DNA from: an uncultured Chromatiales bacterium
Lineage (GTDB): Bacteria; Pseudomonadota; Gammaproteobacteria; Poriferisulfidales; Poriferisulfidaceae
Reading direction: 5' to 3'
Assembly (NCBI GenBank): GCA_964526195.1
Contig: CAZGIH010000013.1
Location: 5,033 to 69,032 of the forward strand
Length of the DNA: 64,000 nt
In this document: positions 39,052 to 49,166 of the stretch, piece after piece
How positions within the stretch are numbered: the stretch's first letter is position 1
How the letters are laid out: each line of letters opens with the position of its first letter
Position numbers and translations under genes: made by a program
The notes under the pieces: generated by a model
Told to the model about the DNA's origin: nothing
Databases searched by the model: none
The model's input: only the letters and a program-made list of their open reading frames with translations

Positions 39052-41882
39052 GTCGCCAGATTGAAGGTCTCGTCCCAAAGTTCCCGAATTTTCTTTCGTT
39101 CGTCGGCGAATTCATCCGGCGGAGAGTGCGGCGGCAACTCCTGCAGGTTGAGTACGTGTATCCGGTCGCGGTAACTGAAGTAGCAGATGCGCAGGAATTC
39201 AGTTGTTTCGGTGTCCAGCAGGCCACATTGCGCCAGACGATCCAGGATCATCACTGTGGCAGTCGGCTCAATGATTTCTGGGTGTTTTCCAGCGTGAAGC
39301 AACACATTATAGTGCACCATGAACTCCAAATCAGTGATTCCGCCGGGGTCTCCCTTGATGTGGAAATGCTCGGATTGAGGGGGGTGCGCATCCAGCATTC
39401 GCCGGCGCATGTCCACGAACTCTTGCTGTAGTTCGGCGGGTTCGCGGGGTACGCATAAAACACGTGCCCGGACCTGCTCGAATGCTGTCCGCACTGCGTC
39501 ATGGCCCGCGACCACCCGTGCCCGCGCCAATGCCTGGCGCTCCCAGGTCCAGGCTTTTTCCTCCAGGTACTTTTCGTAATAGTGCAGGCTGCAGACCGGC
39601 TGTCCGGACTGTCCGCCCGGCCGCAGCCGGGGATCGATTTCGTACAAGGTGCCGTAGGCGGTCATCGTCTCCATGATGTGGATGAATCGTTGCGCCACGC
39701 GAGTGAAGAAATATTCGTTGTATACCGGTTTTTCCCCGTCGGTCATCTGCTCTTCGCCATCGCTGTCATGCACGAACACCAGGTCTAGATCGGAGTTGAA
39801 TCCCATTTCGAGCCCTCCGAACTTGCCGTAGGCGAGAACGGCGCAGTGGGCTGGACGGCGCTGCCCATCGACGATGCAATGCGGTTGGCCGTGGCGCTGA
39901 AGTTGCTGCTGCAAGGCCAACTCCCAGGCGCAGGCGGTAACTGTTTCAGCGACCCAGGTCAATTCGTCGCTCACGTCCGAGAGGGATTTCGAGTGAACAA
40001 GGTTGCAGGCAGCGATCTGCAGGGTTTGGGATTGCCGGAATTGGCGCAAGGCTCTCATCTGCTGCTCTAGGTCGTCCTCGTCGTCCGGCAGGGCGAGTTG
40101 CAGGATCTTCTGAAGGATTTCCGGGGTCCGTTCTCCAAACAAACTATTCGGGGAGAGCAATTCGTCGATGAGGTGCGGGGACTCCAGGACCTGGGTCCGC
40201 ACCCACGGACTGCGACTAGTCAGTTCGGTGAGCAAGTTCAGCGCCGGAGGGTTCTCGGTCAGCAGAGCCATGCAATCGGGTCGGCGCAGGAGGGTCTCCA
40301 GCACATCGAATAAAAGATTCAGCACTTGTGCGGAAGCATCCTGTCGACAGGCGCTTTCGATCATTTTCGGGATCAAGGCCAGTGCGTAATGTCGTGCACG
40401 GACATTCTGGGCGCGCCATGCGGTGGAGGCGACGATGGCGTGCAGCCTCTGCGCCGGTTCTTCTGCGCCATCTTGCAGCCCCATTTTTTCGAAGACCTGC
40501 TTCAGGTCGGCCACGTCGTCACCGTGCTGCTGCCCGACTGTCTCGATCGCGTGCAGCAATGCTTTCAATTCTTCCGGATGCTCCTGTTCGGCTTCCAACT
40601 CCACGCGCATCAGGCAGGTGAATTCCAGTTGCAGGCTGACTCGCTGCATGGTGAGCGCGTCCACAAACTCCTGCCAGTCCGAGTAGCCCATTGGGAACTG
40701 CAGTCGGTCCCGCGCTGTTTCATTCTGCGGCAGGGTATGCGTCTGTTGGTCGTCGACCATCTGCAGGCGATTTTCCACGGTGCGGAGAAAAGAATAAGCC
40801 TCGAACAGTAACTGCTGATCGGCATCGGTCAGCTTCCCGCACTGGACCATGGCCTCCAGCGCCCGTATCCACGAAGTTTGTTGAAGAACCGGCTCTCGCC
40901 CGCCAAAAATCAACTGTGCGCTCTGCAGAATGAATTCCGCCTCGCGGATTCCGCCGGGGCCGTGCTTGAGATCGTCTTCCAGCGTTTCCTGCCGAGCATG
41001 GTGTGCCATTTTTGCCTTCATGGTGCGCAGTTCTTCCAGCACGTGGAAGTCCAGGGAGCGTCGAAAGATGAAAGGACGAAGCAGGTCGGTCAGTTCTGCA
41101 CCGGCAGCAGTGGGCACACCCAGCGGTCGCGCCTTGATTAGTGCATAACGTTCCCATTCGCGCCCATGGTTTTGATAGTAGCCCTCCATGGAGGAGAACG
41201 GCAGCGCCAGGCTGCCGGTCGAGCCGAACGGGCGCAACCTCATGTCGACCCGGAAGACGAAACCGTCGGCGGTGACGTCGTCCAGCGCCTTGATTGTTTT
41301 CTGCCCCAGCCGAATGAAATAGGATTGTGCCTCTTCCCGGTCCGAGGCGGGGTCCGGGTAAGTGAAGATCAGGTCGATGTCGGAAGAAAAATTGAGTTCC
41401 ATCCCGCCGAGCTTGCCCATGCCAAGCACCACGAACGGCACGGGCTCACCGTTCTCGTCGGTTGGACTGGGATCTTTCATTCGGGAGCGGTGCCAGTGGG
41501 CGGCTCCCATCACGGCCCGGTCCGCGAAAGCGGTCAGGTCGTGCAAGGTATCCGGCAGTTCCGCCAGTCCATTGATGTCCCGGAACATGATACGGAGCAT
41601 TTCCCGGGCTCGGGCGTGACGCAGGATACGTGCGAAGTCCGCATCTTCCGCAGTTTCTGGGTCGGGCAGCTCCAGTTCCTTGGCAACCGGGTCACGCAGG
41701 GCCGATTCCAGCAGGTTCGGATAGGCTCGCGCAAGACGGGCCGCAAACGGACTGGCGGCAAACAGATTGAGCAGGGCCGGCTGATTCGCGTCCAGTATTT
41801 CGCCATTCAAGGCGGGCCGGATTTCCTCCAAGACTGATTCCGCTTCCTCTCTCAGGCTGTCGGGAATAGGAGCGGGCTTCAT
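39048..41882 (-). CDS. glnE: bifunctional glutamine synthetase adenylyltransferase/adenylyl-removing enzyme
   Basis: 944 aa. Two nucleotidyltransferase domains with GxGxxGG-like / DIDL motifs. Stop overlaps the ilvE start. Confidence 0.9.
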   Translation of the reverse strand: MKPAPIPDSLREEAESVLEEIRPALNGEILDANQPALLNLFAASPFAARLARAYPNLLESALRDPVAKELELPDPETAEDADFARILRHARAREMLRIMFRDINGLAELPDTLHDLTAFADRAVMGAAHWHRSRMKDPSPTDENGEPVPFVVLGMGKLGGMELNFSSDIDLIFTYPDPASDREEAQSYFIRLGQKTIKALDDVTADGFVFRVDMRLRPFGSTGSLALPFSSMEGYYQNHGREWERYALIKARPLGVPTAAGAELTDLLRPFIFRRSLDFHVLEELRTMKAKMAHHARQETLEDDLKHGPGGIREAEFILQSAQLIFGGREPVLQQTSWIRALEAMVQCGKLTDADQQLLFEAYSFLRTVENRLQMVDDQQTHTLPQNETARDRLQFPMGYSDWQEFVDALTMQRVSLQLEFTCLMRVELEAEQEHPEELKALLHAIETVGQQHGDDVADLKQVFEKMGLQDGAEEPAQRLHAIVASTAWRAQNVRARHYALALIPKMIESACRQDASAQVLNLLFDVLETLLRRPDCMALLTENPPALNLLTELTSRSPWVRTQVLESPHLIDELLSPNSLFGERTPEILQKILQLALPDDEDDLEQQMRALRQFRQSQTLQIAACNLVHSKSLSDVSDELTWVAETVTACAWELALQQQLQRHGQPHCIVDGQRRPAHCAVLAYGKFGGLEMGFNSDLDLVFVHDSDGEEQMTDGEKPVYNEYFFTRVAQRFIHIMETMTAYGTLYEIDPRLRPGGQSGQPVCSLHYYEKYLEEKAWTWERQALARARVVAGHDAVRTAFEQVRARVLCVPREPAELQQEFVDMRRRMLDAHPPQSEHFHIKGDPGGITDLEFMVHYNVLLHAGKHPEIIEPTATVMILDRLAQCGLLDTETTEFLRICYFSYRDRIHVLNLQELPPHSPPDEFADERKKIRELWDETFNLAT

Positions 41883-41987
41883 GTGTGGGGGATTTAGGGC
41901 AATGAGTTAATACGTGGACTAACTTGTGAACTATGTTGATATTCTGTACCGCTGAAAATAAAACGCGCCTATAAGGTTATTGTTTGG

Positions 41988-43112
41988 CTAATCAAGAGAG
42001 ATTTGGAATAAAGAAAGGGCCTCTAATTTGTCACATATCTCTGCCTTTGCTGACTCTATTTTTTCGTAACGCCTTGAGATTTCCTTTTGTGTTGCTATAT
42101 CGAAATCACCATTTTCAGTAATAGGTATGTCTACCGTTACAGCCTGCCGAAGATTTCTAAGAGACGCTCGATAAGTCCTATCAAATCCGTAAAAGTTTTT
42201 GGTGTTTTTGAGCGCGTAGTAAATGTATTTTGGATATAGATTTTCACTTTGTACTGTAAGTCGCCCACAATGATCAGTTGTTGCAAATACTTTATTCTTT
42301 GGAATGTAGTTCCAGTCAAAAATGCCGTCAATACCCCATATCAAAGATGGTTTGGCGAAGTTATCCAAGTTAGATTTTTCGACGAAACCAAAAGGTGAGA
42401 TAACGTTTGCGCTAAATGCGGGTATGCCAGTTGTCAGAACATTCTTCTTTAATATTCTCTTCCCAATTTCTACTTCAAAAAGATCCTCATTTGATAAGTT
42501 CACTGATCTTAATGTTTTGTTCTCCAGCATTCCATCAATAGGAACATTTGAGTTTTTTAAGAATTGACTGAAGGATAAAGCTTTTCTCTGAGAAGCTTTG
42601 ATGTTTTGATATTTTTTGGCCACATTAAGTTGAGTCTTTACATCGAAGCGGCCTGCGGACAACACGGGAATTTCTAACGACACTTCCTTCAAGTTGTTTG
42701 GTGTGGCTTTATAAGCAAAGCAAAATCCATACACGCTTTTCATTGTCCTCAACTTGTATTCGACATATTCGATAAGGAGGTTCGGATCTTTAATTTTTAA
42801 AACAGTTCTGTCATTGCTAACGTAAAAAGGGCACTTATGAATGACAAAGTTTCTTCCCGCACTGCCATCGCCATTCGACGCGAACGAAATCAATGGATCG
42901 CTTTCAGACGCTTGTATTATTTTGTCTTCTTTGTCTTTCACAAATGCTACTGGATCTTGTGATGCAGTAAAGACCGGAAAATCAGAGATATTTCCCGTGT
43001 TAAGTTCACGCCATTTTTTTTCTGGCCACCCAGTTTTTTCTTTAACGAATTCAAAAAGATTAGTATCTCCGAGGTTAACAGATTTATACGACATGGTTAG
43101 CATCACCATCAA
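41988..43112 (-). CDS. HsdS-like DNA specificity subunit with two target-recognition domains (BcgI-B-like)
   Basis: Two TRD-like halves separated by conserved HsdS repeat regions (…ATQKEISRRYEKIESAK…, …LNVAKKYQNIKASQ…). AT-rich codon usage. Confidence 0.7.
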   Translation of the reverse strand: MMVMLTMSYKSVNLGDTNLFEFVKEKTGWPEKKWRELNTGNISDFPVFTASQDPVAFVKDKEDKIIQASESDPLISFASNGDGSAGRNFVIHKCPFYVSNDRTVLKIKDPNLLIEYVEYKLRTMKSVYGFCFAYKATPNNLKEVSLEIPVLSAGRFDVKTQLNVAKKYQNIKASQRKALSFSQFLKNSNVPIDGMLENKTLRSVNLSNEDLFEVEIGKRILKKNVLTTGIPAFSANVISPFGFVEKSNLDNFAKPSLIWGIDGIFDWNYIPKNKVFATTDHCGRLTVQSENLYPKYIYYALKNTKNFYGFDRTYRASLRNLRQAVTVDIPITENGDFDIATQKEISRRYEKIESAKAEICDKLEALSLFQISLD

Positions 43113-45150
43113 TATTCTCTATGAAGTCAGCAAGAAATTCAGATATTTCTTTAATTTTTTCAGCCAATTCTTGTTCGGTTACTTCTATGCTCTCGCTTTG
43201 TAACCCAAGGGACAGCCTCTCTTCTTGACTCCACCAGCGTTCGACCATCCAATTTGATTTATTATCAAATTCGATAAAGTTGACTATTTTGCAGCGTAAT
43301 GAAGGGCTACGAAATGAGGCGGGGCTGACCTTAAATTGATTAAAAAAGGTAACTAAGTCTTCCAAATGATTTTCGTCAGTAATCCATCGTTTAGCGTCTC
43401 TTGTCTCTCCTATTTCATCAGCTAAATAGGTAAAGACAGGATCGCACTGTTCTTCGCTCACATCTAATTTTTTCTTCAGCACTAGAATATAAGTTTTCTT
43501 TGGTGTTGAGTAGAAAGACCTTGCAGGTAGAGAAATGACGCCTTGAATTAGACAATGTCTTTTTAAATATTCCAATACGACTATTTGGTTAAGCAAGCCA
43601 TCAGGAACAACCACCAATGCCTGACCATTTTCTTTAAGATTTTTGACCACCCATTCTATTGCTAAAGCCTCCGTGCCTCTGCCTCCAGACGTGTAATACT
43701 TGGTAAGTCCACTTGCTTCAATAGCATTTTTTAAACTTTTAGAACCGCTAGTAACGTACGGAGGATTGGTTAATATTAGGTCGTATGGATCGTCTTCGAC
43801 TCTTTCAAAAGTACCCAAGTTTGAGCGTATGAGGTGAAAGACTTTGTTGAAGGCTCCTTGTGAAAAAGCGATTAAATAGTCTTTCGTGTGGTACTTCACA
43901 AGCAAGTCGGAAAAATAAATGAGCATATTCGCTTTTGCTAGCACAATAGTTCGCTCATCCTCTTTTTCATCAGTTCCTTTGTCGTAGCCCACAACTGTAA
44001 TCTTGGGCGATACCGTTCCATTTACAGGTTCAAATTGTTTTAGGATATGGTCGTTTTCTAGGATGAGTTCCAAAAGGAACCCACCCACACCGCAAAATGG
44101 ATCGCAGATCCTAGCGTTTTCCCTTGCTTGCGGGGCATCAGACATTAAGACCATTGCTTTGACGATATTCCTTGGGGTGAAATATTGTCCCAGTGATTTA
44201 ATTCTCGCAGTTTGACGCAGGAACGACTCATAAAGTCGGGTCTTGAATTCCTTTTTTATGTACTTGAATGAACCAAATGCATTGTCATAAGCTTGAAGAT
44301 CTTGTAGTACTTCTTTAAACAAACTTGCTTGCGCTAGATTAGGAGCATCTTGTTCGTTTATAAAGATAGTGCCATTGATAATAGTAGTTCCATCGCTTCC
44401 TGGAGGAAATAATTCTCGTATTGTTTGTCTGCAATTATTCGCATAGTGTTTCAATGCTTCAGTAGAGGATTCTTCTTGGACTAATCTGTAGACAGAATTA
44501 AAATTGTTATGTGGTCGTAGTACCCCTACATCGCTCAGGAATTTAAAAACAAAAAACTCAACAACATTGTATAAACATTTTTCGGGTTCTTTTCCAGTAT
44601 TAATCCATATTTTCTGCCAAATCGTTTTGGCCAGCTGAGATGGATCTAAAACTTCCGGAGAGGAGATTTGGTTGTTTTTGTCTGTTAGCGAATGGTCGAT
44701 TTTATCGATTAATTGTTCAAGCGCTATAGTAGCTTCTTCTGAAAAAGAACCTTTCTCAATAGCCTGTGCATCGAACACGTATGTTATTTCTTTGCCATTT
44801 TCAGCAAGAATGCGTTTACCGTTAAGGGAGTTTACCCAGATCGTTTTTTGCCCAGATGTCACGATAAGCAATTTGCACAATTGCTTAGCTACTTCGATTT
44901 CTTGATTTATAGCTTTAGTTACATGCTCTTTAGTTTTTAGTTTTGATGGTGGTTTGTATTCAATAACCGCTTTCACGTCGCCGCTTGCTAGGACGATTAA
45001 GCCATCTGGTTTTTTTGCAGAGATTTCTTTAGAAAAATTCTTCTTGATGACTTTCTGCTTACTTAGTTGAGAAAGCGTAGAATTCCCAATTCTGTAATAG
45101 AGATAGCGCCCCAACGTTTTTGGGGCCATTTGTATTAACTCTTCACTCAT
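43084..45150 (-). CDS. fused restriction endonuclease-like (PD-(D/E)xK) / gamma-class N6-adenine DNA methyltransferase subunit (Type IIB BcgI-A-like or HsdR_N-HsdM fusion)
   Basis: N-terminal KKPDGLIVLASGDVKAVIEYK fits the PD…(D/E)xK spacing. Methyltransferase motif I DPFCGVGGF precedes motif IV LILTNPPYV. 688 aa. Overlaps the specificity gene by about 29 nt. Confidence 0.7.
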   Translation of the reverse strand: MSEELIQMAPKTLGRYLYYRIGNSTLSQLSKQKVIKKNFSKEISAKKPDGLIVLASGDVKAVIEYKPPSKLKTKEHVTKAINQEIEVAKQLCKLLIVTSGQKTIWVNSLNGKRILAENGKEITYVFDAQAIEKGSFSEEATIALEQLIDKIDHSLTDKNNQISSPEVLDPSQLAKTIWQKIWINTGKEPEKCLYNVVEFFVFKFLSDVGVLRPHNNFNSVYRLVQEESSTEALKHYANNCRQTIRELFPPGSDGTTIINGTIFINEQDAPNLAQASLFKEVLQDLQAYDNAFGSFKYIKKEFKTRLYESFLRQTARIKSLGQYFTPRNIVKAMVLMSDAPQARENARICDPFCGVGGFLLELILENDHILKQFEPVNGTVSPKITVVGYDKGTDEKEDERTIVLAKANMLIYFSDLLVKYHTKDYLIAFSQGAFNKVFHLIRSNLGTFERVEDDPYDLILTNPPYVTSGSKSLKNAIEASGLTKYYTSGGRGTEALAIEWVVKNLKENGQALVVVPDGLLNQIVVLEYLKRHCLIQGVISLPARSFYSTPKKTYILVLKKKLDVSEEQCDPVFTYLADEIGETRDAKRWITDENHLEDLVTFFNQFKVSPASFRSPSLRCKIVNFIEFDNKSNWMVERWWSQEERLSLGLQSESIEVTEQELAEKIKEISEFLADFIENIDGDANHVV

Positions 45151-45208
45151 CTAGAGCGAACTTGAGGATAAATCGGCATTCTAATTCTATAACCAAACCT
45201 TTGTTCCT

Positions 45209-45238
45209 AAAAAGAGGGCCGCATTCGCGGCCCTCTTT
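45209..45238 (-). terminator. rho-independent terminator downstream of the pstS-like gene
   Basis: Perfect 10-bp GC-rich stem (agagggccgc / gcggccctct) with a 4-nt loop, followed on the minus strand by a U-run (ctcttttt). Confidence 0.65.
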
Positions 45239-45260
45239 ACAGAACTCTGGAAGTTTCTGC

Positions 45261-46286
45261 TTAGAGCGGAGTGAACGAGGTGATCTTGGGCACCGAATCG
45301 CCACGCTCTTCGGCGGACATCGGAATCATGCCCTTTTCAGTCAGGTAACCATCCGAACCGCTCGCCTTGTCGCTCATGAACTCGGCGACGAACTCCCGAA
45401 TGCCGGGGATGACATCCAGATGGGCGTTCTTGATGTAGAAGTACAGTGGCCGGGAGACCGGATAGCTGCCATCGGCAATGGCTTCAAACGTCGGCGCGAA
45501 GCCGTCCATGATCGAGCCTTGGACCTTGTCGGAATTCTGATCCAGGAAACTGAATCCGAAGACACCCAGTGCACTGGGGTTGGCGGTCAGTTTCTGCACG
45601 ATGAGGTTGTCGTTCTCGCCGGCTTCGATGTAGTGGCCGTCCTCGCGCACGGAATGGCAGTAGGACTTGTACACCTTCTTGTCCTTCTTCTTCATGGCCT
45701 TGATCCAGGCGAAGGTCTTGCATCCGCCTTCCAGGGCGAGCTCGGCGAAGGCGTCCCGGGTGCCGGAGGTCGGAGGCGGGCCCAGCACTTCGATCTTGAT
45801 ATCAGGCAGGGTCGGGTTGACTTCCTTCCAGGTGGTGTAAGGGTTTGGAATAAAGGATTCCGCGCCATTCGGATCCGGGACTTCCCGGGCCAGGGCCAGG
45901 AAGACGTCACGGAGGGTCAGTTCCATCGGAGCTGTCGCCTTGGAGTTGGCCAGCACGATGCCGTCGTAGCCAATCTTGGCTTCCGTGACATCCCTGACAC
46001 CGTTTTTGGAGCAGGTCTCGACCTCCCCGCTCTTGATTTTGCGCGAAGAGTTCGTGATATCCGGAGTACTGATGCCGACGCCGGCACAGAACAATTTCAG
46101 GCCGCCGCCGGAACCTGTGGCTTCAACCTTCGGGGTCTTGAAAGTAGTCGATTTACCAAACTTTTCGGCTACGACAGTGGAGAAGGGATAGACGGTGGAA
46201 GAACCCACTATGTTGATTTGGTCGCGGGCCTGAACTGCCGTAGCGGCAAGCGCAAGCAAAACAACTGCGGAAATGCGGAATTTCAT
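45261..46286 (-). CDS. pstS: phosphate ABC transporter substrate-binding protein, PstS family (orphan; no pstCAB adjacent)
   Basis: Signal peptide. IVGSSTVYPF motif and the PBP layout of the roughly 340-aa PstS family. Confidence 0.75.
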   Translation of the reverse strand: MKFRISAVVLLALAATAVQARDQINIVGSSTVYPFSTVVAEKFGKSTTFKTPKVEATGSGGGLKLFCAGVGISTPDITNSSRKIKSGEVETCSKNGVRDVTEAKIGYDGIVLANSKATAPMELTLRDVFLALAREVPDPNGAESFIPNPYTTWKEVNPTLPDIKIEVLGPPPTSGTRDAFAELALEGGCKTFAWIKAMKKKDKKVYKSYCHSVREDGHYIEAGENDNLIVQKLTANPSALGVFGFSFLDQNSDKVQGSIMDGFAPTFEAIADGSYPVSRPLYFYIKNAHLDVIPGIREFVAEFMSDKASGSDGYLTEKGMIPMSAEERGDSVPKITSFTPL

Positions 46287-46449
46287 TCGTTAAACCTCTT
46301 GGCGTTCGAATTGATTTGGTGGAAGTGTTCCCTTGGTGCCGCGAATTAAAGCCAAATTTTTGTAACACGCATATGACAGGATGCCGCAGTGGGGAAAAGA
46401 AAGGTTTTTGGACAGGAAAAAAGCGGGGCGGTGTAAAATTCAGCGCATC

Positions 46450-47529
46450 ATGGCTGGTAATACTTTCGGCACCTTGTTTGCCGTGACTTCATTCGGTGAA
46501 AGCCATGGCCCCGCCATCGGCTGCATCATCGATGGTTGTCCGCCACACTTGGCCTTGCAGGAATCAGACCTGCAGCACGATCTGGACCGTCGCCGGCCCG
46601 GCCAGACCCGCCATACCAGTCAGAGGCGGGAACCGGACCAGGTGAAGATCCTGTCCGGAGTCTTCGAAGGCAAGACGACCGGAACCCCCATCGCACTGGT
46701 GATCGAGAACCAGGATGCCCGGTCCAAAGACTATTCGGAGTTGCGCGATCTGTTTCGGCCGGGGCACGCGGACTACACCTACCAGCGCAAATACGGTATC
46801 CGCGACTATTGCGGGGGAGGACGGGCTTCTGCCCGGGAGACGGCGACCCGAGTCGCTGCCGGGGCGGTGGCTCGGAAATGGCTGCGTGAGCGCTGTGGTG
46901 TCACGATCCGCGGATGCGTGCGGCAAGTCGGCCCGATTCGCGCCGAAACGACGGATTGGGAGGCGGTCGAGGCCAACCCGTTCTTCTTCCCGGAGCCCGG
47001 CAAGCTTGCCGAACTGGAGAACTTCATGGACGAGTTGCGCAAGGCGGGCGACTCGATCGGAGCCCGGGTGGAAGTGGAGGCGACGGGCCTGCCGGTCGGC
47101 TGGGGCGAGCCTGTCTTCGAACGACTGGATGCCATGGTGGCTCAGGCGATGATGAGTATCAACGCGGTCAAGGCGGTGGAAATCGGCGATGGTTTCGCCG
47201 TCGTCGAACAGCGCGGAAGCGAGCACCGTGACGAGATCACACCGGAAGGTTTCCTGTCCAATCACTCAGGCGGGACCCTGGGGGGGCTGAGTTCCGGCCA
47301 GGATCTGAGGGTTGCTTTGGCTTTCAAACCCACCTCGAGCATCCGGATTCCCGGGCGCACGATCGATCGGCAGGGAGAAGCGACCGAGGTGGTGACCAAG
47401 GGGCGCCATGATCCCTGCGTCGGTTTGCGTGCCGTGCCGATTGCCGAGGCCATGCTGGCCCTGACCCTGATGGATCAGGCCATGCGTCATCGAGCCCAGT
47501 GTGGCGATGTGGAGGTTGATGCCCCCTAG
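46450..47529 (+). CDS. aroC: chorismate synthase
   Basis: [10 protein letters not shown]…[19 protein letters not shown]. Start refined from the track ORF 46381. Confidence 0.9.
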   Translation: MAGNTFGTLFAVTSFGESHGPAIGCIIDGCPPHLALQESDLQHDLDRRRPGQTRHTSQRREPDQVKILSGVFEGKTTGTPIALVIENQDARSKDYSELRDLFRPGHADYTYQRKYGIRDYCGGGRASARETATRVAAGAVARKWLRERCGVTIRGCVRQVGPIRAETTDWEAVEANPFFFPEPGKLAELENFMDELRKAGDSIGARVEVEATGLPVGWGEPVFERLDAMVAQAMMSINAVKAVEIGDGFAVVEQRGSEHRDEITPEGFLSNHSGGTLGGLSSGQDLRVALAFKPTSSIRIPGRTIDRQGEATEVVTKGRHDPCVGLRAVPIAEAMLALTLMDQAMRHRAQCGDVEVDAP

Positions 47530-47540
47530 GTCTGCGGCAC

Positions 47541-48713
47541 GTGACCCCTCTCCTGTTTGCCCGGTTTTCCGGCTTTTATTTTTTCTATTTCGCCTCCCTG
47601 GGCGTTTTCCTGCCGTTTTGGCCACTGTATCTGAAGTTCCTCGGCTTCAGCGCCGTTGAAATCGGGCAACTGGTGGCGGTGGTGATGGCGGTTGGCATCG
47701 TCGCGCCGAATCTCTGGGGCTGGCTGGCGGATCACACGGAACGCCGGATCTGGCTGATTCAGTTGGCTGCATTGGGGGGCGCGGCGGGAACGCTGGGCCT
47801 GCAATGGGTGACCAGTTTCTACGGGATGATCCCGTTGCTGATGCTGTTCAGCTTCTTTTGGTATGCCTCATTGCCCTTGGTCGAAGGCATTACGCTGACC
47901 CACCTCGAGCACCAAACCGACCGGCGTTATTCCTACACGCGGGTCCGGCTGTGGGGATCCATGGGTTTTGTTTTCGCCTGCCTGACGCTGTCAACGGTAC
48001 TGTTCGGTGTCGAAGGCGATATCTGGTGGCTGGTCCCGCTAAGTTTGTTCATCTGCCACTTCGGTCTGTGGCTGACCACCCTGACGCTGACGAGCCGGCC
48101 GCAAAAGCGAAGCCATCCGGCGCATATCAACTTGGCCAACCTGTTACGCCATCCGGCCGTGCTGGGGCTTTTGGCGGCATTCGTCTTGATGCAACTCAGC
48201 CATGGGCCGTTCTATACGTTTTTCTCCATCTATCTGGAAGGGCACGGTTACCCGATCCAGGGCCTGGCCGTGCTGTGGTCGGTGGGCGTATTCGGAGAGA
48301 TTCTGGTGTTCCTGTTCTTCAGCCGTTATCTCGCACATCACCCTGCCCGCAACCTGTTCGCACTGGCTTTTGCCCTCGCGGCCATTCGCTGGGTCGTATT
48401 GGGGAATTTCCCGGAGTTTTGGGTCGTGATTCTGGCGACCCAGTTCCTGCATGCGGCGACCTATGGGCTTTACCACGCCGTTTCGGTGCAGTTGATCCAC
48501 CGATTATTCCCTGGGCGGCTGCAAAGCCGGGGCCAAGCACTGTATTCGTCACTCAATTTCGGCGTGGGCGCCGCGCTTGGGAGCTTGTTGAGTGGCATGG
48601 TCTGGGACGACCTGGGTTCGACTGTGACTTTCCACGCTGCCGCCGCTATTGCTTTGACCGGCATGCTGATTGGCTGGTTCGCGGTACGCCATGCCACGCC
48701 GCTCGACCGTTAA
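47541..48713 (+). CDS. MFS transporter (12 TM)
   Basis: Hydrophobic profile with MFS-like motifs. 390 aa. Confidence 0.65.
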   Translation: MTPLLFARFSGFYFFYFASLGVFLPFWPLYLKFLGFSAVEIGQLVAVVMAVGIVAPNLWGWLADHTERRIWLIQLAALGGAAGTLGLQWVTSFYGMIPLLMLFSFFWYASLPLVEGITLTHLEHQTDRRYSYTRVRLWGSMGFVFACLTLSTVLFGVEGDIWWLVPLSLFICHFGLWLTTLTLTSRPQKRSHPAHINLANLLRHPAVLGLLAAFVLMQLSHGPFYTFFSIYLEGHGYPIQGLAVLWSVGVFGEILVFLFFSRYLAHHPARNLFALAFALAAIRWVVLGNFPEFWVVILATQFLHAATYGLYHAVSVQLIHRLFPGRLQSRGQALYSSLNFGVGAALGSLLSGMVWDDLGSTVTFHAAAAIALTGMLIGWFAVRHATPLDR

Positions 48714-48812
48714 TCACGCGGGTTCGCAGCGTTCAGGGGGAGATTCGGGTTTTCGGGCTGCAGCCCTAGGGGGTATAATCATTTTCCCCCGAAACCACGG
48801 CAGGATGCGTCA

Positions 48813-49166
48813 GTGGCTGAACAAATGATCCTGATTCCCGGGCGCTCGAGCAAGCAGGGGACTTCCCTGAATGCCGGGAAACTCAAGGAGGAGTACCAGA
48901 CCGTCACCTCGACTATCGAGATGAACGAAAGCACCATGCGTAAATTGGGTCTGTCTGCCGGAGACCGGGTGCGCCTGTCCTGTGCCACCGGCAAAGTGGA
49001 AGTCGAATGCGGGAAACCGCGCAAAGACGAGGATCTCCCGGACGGGATGATCTTCATCCCGTATGGCCCTTCTTCCAGCGAACTGATGGAAAGCGACACC
49101 GCCGGGTCCGGCATGCCGATGTCGAAACAGATGGTGGTGGAAGTGGAATGCCTGGGTGCCAATTGA
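48813..49166 (+). CDS. fwdD: formylmethanofuran dehydrogenase subunit D-like (molybdopterin dinucleotide-binding domain)
   Basis: Aligns by eye with archaeal FwdD (MILIPGRSSKQGTSLNAGK ~ FILNTGRTIWQGEAIEAGK; MIFIPYGP ~ MVFIPMGP; GSGMP…VEVE). Confidence 0.75.
   Translation: MAEQMILIPGRSSKQGTSLNAGKLKEEYQTVTSTIEMNESTMRKLGLSAGDRVRLSCATGKVEVECGKPRKDEDLPDGMIFIPYGPSSSELMESDTAGSGMPMSKQMVVEVECLGAN

Larger units (their letters stand above)
41883..45208. other. low-GC (about 35 %) horizontally acquired island carrying a restriction-modification pair
   Basis: Abrupt compositional shift relative to the flanking DNA (about 60 % GC or more). No integrase, tRNA or direct repeats seen at the borders. Confidence 0.7.

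Noticed and set aside
45120-46349. 409-aa plus-strand ORF
   Set aside because: It is antisense to the well-supported pstS-like gene and spans the compositional boundary of the island. No motifs. Treated as spurious.
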